This document shows, piece by piece, positions 60,501 through 64,000 of a stretch of DNA of 64,000 bases. Every line of letters begins with the position of its first letter. The first letter of the stretch is position 1. Both the position numbers and the translations under genes were made by a program. This DNA comes from Cycas panzhihuaensis. Its lineage: Eukaryota; Plantae; Cycadophyta. The notes under the pieces are model-generated. The model saw only the letters and a list, made by a program, of their open reading frames with translations. It was not told the origin of the DNA and searched no databases. The stretch is taken from contig CM041465.1 in the NCBI GenBank assembly GCA_023213395.1, positions 181,109,741-181,173,740 on the forward strand, read 5' to 3'.

Positions 60501-63500
60501 GACTTATAAATTTGCTCCTACTACAAATTCTCACTTTTCAAGGGTTTCCACTGTAGTCTAGGGTGTGTGTAGGTGGTGTGTAGGTGGTCAACATACATAT
60601 TCCTTAATTAATCATCCACATAAGTCCACAATTCACATACATTCCACATGCATTCCACAATAGGTACACATACTTGTTCACGTAACTCTTGTATTACATT
60701 AGACAATAGTCAAAATTACACTGATTGGGGTCCATTTGGTCTCGACTGGTCAAACGTACCAGATCAGGAACTGTTGGAACTCACTAACTTGGCTCTCACA
60801 TCCATTCCCACAATTGGATGTGCTTAAATACACTATGCATTCCTGTTTCAGAACAGTTGTGTCTATAGTCGCAATCGTTCCTTTCCTGAAATGGATGCTT
60901 GTTCAACCCTTAACCATGCTTCATTAGGCTCTTAATACATTCTCTAATCTGTACAGTTGTCCACGTGTCTCATGCATTCCGTCCATCGTTCCTCTGCTGG
61001 GCCGGAACCATTCCATCTTCCATTCAATGCGTTCCTGCGTTCCTCGTCCATTCCTACGTATAGCATGCATTCTTGTAATGGAATGCATTGTGTTATGTGC
61101 ACTGTTTCATCCATTCCCTGTTCTGAATGCATGCTGAATGGTAGTCCTGTAAAATACCCATTGTTTTCTCTGTCATTTGTCATGCATTCCCTCTAACGGA
61201 TGCATGGGTGTCAATTATAACTACAAAATACTTCTCCCAGTTAACTAGATTGCAACATATAGGATCCGTTCAAGCATACACAAAACAATTCCTAGCCCTC
61301 CAGTGCATGGTTACTGATCGAACACCGGTCGAACTCATTGTTGAGACCTACATCGGGGGACTCAAGGGACCCATCAAATACTGCATAAAGACAATGGGGG
61401 CCTCAAACATAAGAGAAGCCATCCGACATGCAAGGAACATTGAAGTAAAATTTAGAGAAGGTAGATCAAACTACATTGGAAGAAGTGACCCGCCAGTTTA
61501 CCAAAACACTAATTGGACTAAGTCAGGAACTAAAGCAAATCCTCCCCTCACAGGAAGAAACCCAAATGAAGCAAGCAGAGTATCAAGAGAGAAACACCTT
61601 AAGAGATGAGCCTGCTTTAAATGTGGAGGGAAATGGAATAAAGACCAATAATGTCCATCAAAGAAAGTCTTTATGATCCAAAATGACAAAGTAACAGCCC
61701 CAAGAGAAGATCAGGAAGAAGAAAATATTCCAAAAGAAAACGAGGAGGCCGAAGTAGAGGAGCTTCTAAATCTGGACACCAAAAATGTGCAAATATCACT
61801 ACAGGCCATCATGGAACAAAGTAACATGCCTCAAACATTACGTTTCCAAGGGATGATACAAGGATCACTACTCACCATCATCATCAACAGGAGCACCCAC
61901 AATTTCATAAATTGACCTACCGCAGAGAAATTGGGCATACCCATCAAAGCACTCAACACTTTCTAGGTTGCCATCGCAAACAAAAAATCCATGCCTTGTG
62001 GGGGGTATTGTCCAAAGGTGACCCTTTAGATTAATAATTACTCAGTAACCACCGTCATGTTTGCAATGCCGATATGAGGAGTTGACCTGTATTAGGGGTA
62101 CAATGGCTACAAACATTAGGGAATGTAGTCACTAATTTCATAACACTAGTCATGAGCTTTTGACAGAAGGGGAAACGTTATACGTTGCAAGCACCTTCTG
62201 CACCCTAATTCAATTGGTGATGTCCCACCATATGGAGAGGCTGTTGAAAAGAAATCCCACCACATACATAATGACATGTTATAAGATTGCAGTAGAGGAC
62301 ATTCCGATGGAGGTATAGGAAGTCATAAATGAATACAACTCAATTTTTGAGGAACCGCCATTGGGGCTTCCTCCTAATCGTGGATGCCAACATGCCATTG
62401 AGCTAGTACCAGGAACTCTAGTGGTCAACATTCGTCCTTACTGCCATAACCAAAGAGGGAGATAGAGCAAATAACCAAAGAACTCTTACACCAAGGACAC
62501 ATCGCGAATAGCACAAGTCCATTTGCATCTCCAGTTATACTTAAGTGGAAAAATGATGGGACCTATCGAATGTGTGTTGACTATAGGATACTGAACAAGA
62601 TCACTGTCAAGAATCGCTATCCTATCCCAAGAATAGATGACTTGTTGGATGAAATACATAAGGCAAAATACTTTTCAAAGACTGATCTTCAGTCAAGGTA
62701 CTACCAGATCCGCATCAAAACAGAGGACGTGTACAAGACAGCTTTTCACACTCATGAGGGCCTATTCGAATTCAAAGTTATGCCATTTGGTCTAACAAAT
62801 GCACTAGCAACATTCTAGAACACCATGAATACCATATTGAGATCCTTCTTACGGAAATTTGTGCTAGTTTTCCTTGACGACATCCTAATCAATAGTGCAA
62901 TGTGGGAGGAACACATAGAACATATCAAGGCCGTTCTCTGGATCTCACAAAGCAATCAACTATTTGCCAACAAGAAGAAATGCACGCTTCGGAAAGAGGG
63001 GCTCGAATATCTGGGACACATTATCTCACAAGAGGGGGTCAAGATGGACCCCAAGAAGGTCCAAGCTATCATTAACTGGCCCACTCCCAAGAATGTCACA
63101 GGGGTCAGAGCCTTCCTAGGTGCGGCAAGATTTCTTAGGAAGTTCATAAAAGGGTATGCTCACATTACATCACCGCTAATTGATCTGACTAAGAAGGATG
63201 CGTTCGATTGGAACCCCTTAGCACAGGACGCTTTCCAGGGCCTCAAGAAAGCAATGATCATTGCTCTTGTGCTCACGACTCTAGATTTTTCCCAGCCTTT
63301 CAGCCTTGAGTGTGATGCATCAGGAACTAGGATAGGAGCAGTCCTCCTCCAAAATGAACGGCCATTGGCATACGAAAGTTGAAAGTTGAATAGCAGGGAG
63401 CGATTCAAATCTATCTATGACAAAGAAATACTCGCAATTATGCATGTTATTCATCAGCGGCGCCAATATTTACTCGGAAATAGATTCGTGGTCAAAATAG

Positions 63501-64000
63501 ATCACGGCAACCTCAAATACTTCCTTAACCAAAAAAATCTCTTAGACAAACAAAAAAATGAGTGAGTAAGGTTCAAACATTTGATTTCAGTACTATATAC
63601 AAAAAGAGAAAAGAGAACGTAATTGCAGACACATTGTCACGGATATTGAAAGACAATGGTAAGCAAGATCAAACTGCAGAAATCTCTCTACAAGCAATAT
63701 CGATGGCCACTCCTAGTTGGACCCATGAACTAGTCCAGGACATTCAAAATGACTCTTTTTTTAGGAAGATATTGGATGAGATCAAGACCCATGAGAGTAC
63801 CAAGTACAGTCTACAAGGAGGTTTGACTCTATGGAAGGGAAAGATATTTATTCCAACATCATCAAAAGTAAAAGACATCTTACTAGAAGAAGCATATTCC
63901 ATGCCTAGTGCAGGACACACAGGGATTGGAAAAACCTATCGCAAGGTACGAGACTCCTCCTTCTGGAGAGGGATGAAAGCTGATGTTCTCAAATTCGTAT
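54516..64000 (+). mobile_element. Gypsy element L (chromovirus-type gag-pol), running off the window
   Basis: LTR 54516-54916; perfect PBS tggtatcagagc at 54919. Gag 55090-55676 + 61229-; PR ~61850-62150; [27 protein letters not shown]; RH ECDASG; INT GHxG at ~63915. Confidence 0.92.
55677..61228 (-). mobile_element. Element J: internally deleted Gypsy of the A/K family, inserted in L gag
   Basis: LTRs 55677-56397 and 60497-61228; TSD TACTT; PBS TGGTTTCGTTGCC (rc 60483-95). Contains gag with CCHC knuckles, PR IVDGGATVNVL, and only the INT C-tail WKGPY; no RT, RH or INT core. Confidence 0.93.

Overview
Plant nuclear DNA from a large, TE-rich genome (probably a gymnosperm; this is an inference from the TE families and intron sizes). 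The only host gene is six internal minus-strand exons (44313-46906) of AUGMIN subunit 4 (AUG4/HAUS4). Its remaining 5' and 3' exons are not in the window, so the flanking >44 kb and >17 kb are most likely giant introns. Both flanks are filled with nested LTR retrotransposons, labelled here with letters. Left flank: Gypsy A > non-autonomous Gypsy B > Copia C > {Copia D, element E, Copia G > element F}, followed by Copia H, Copia I and a solo LTR. Right flank: Gypsy M > K > L > J. Most boundaries rest on LTR pairs, PBS/PPT and 5-bp TSDs. The most unusual objects are E (13078-17463) and F (19720-24374), two related, recently inserted LTR elements with no pol. They share LTR family, tRNA-iMet PBS, a short leader and an unrecognised ~500-aa Gag-N-fused hydrophobic ORF conserved at protein level, but carry different ~2-kb 'cargo' regions between leader and ORF. 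All alignments and difference counts were made by eye.
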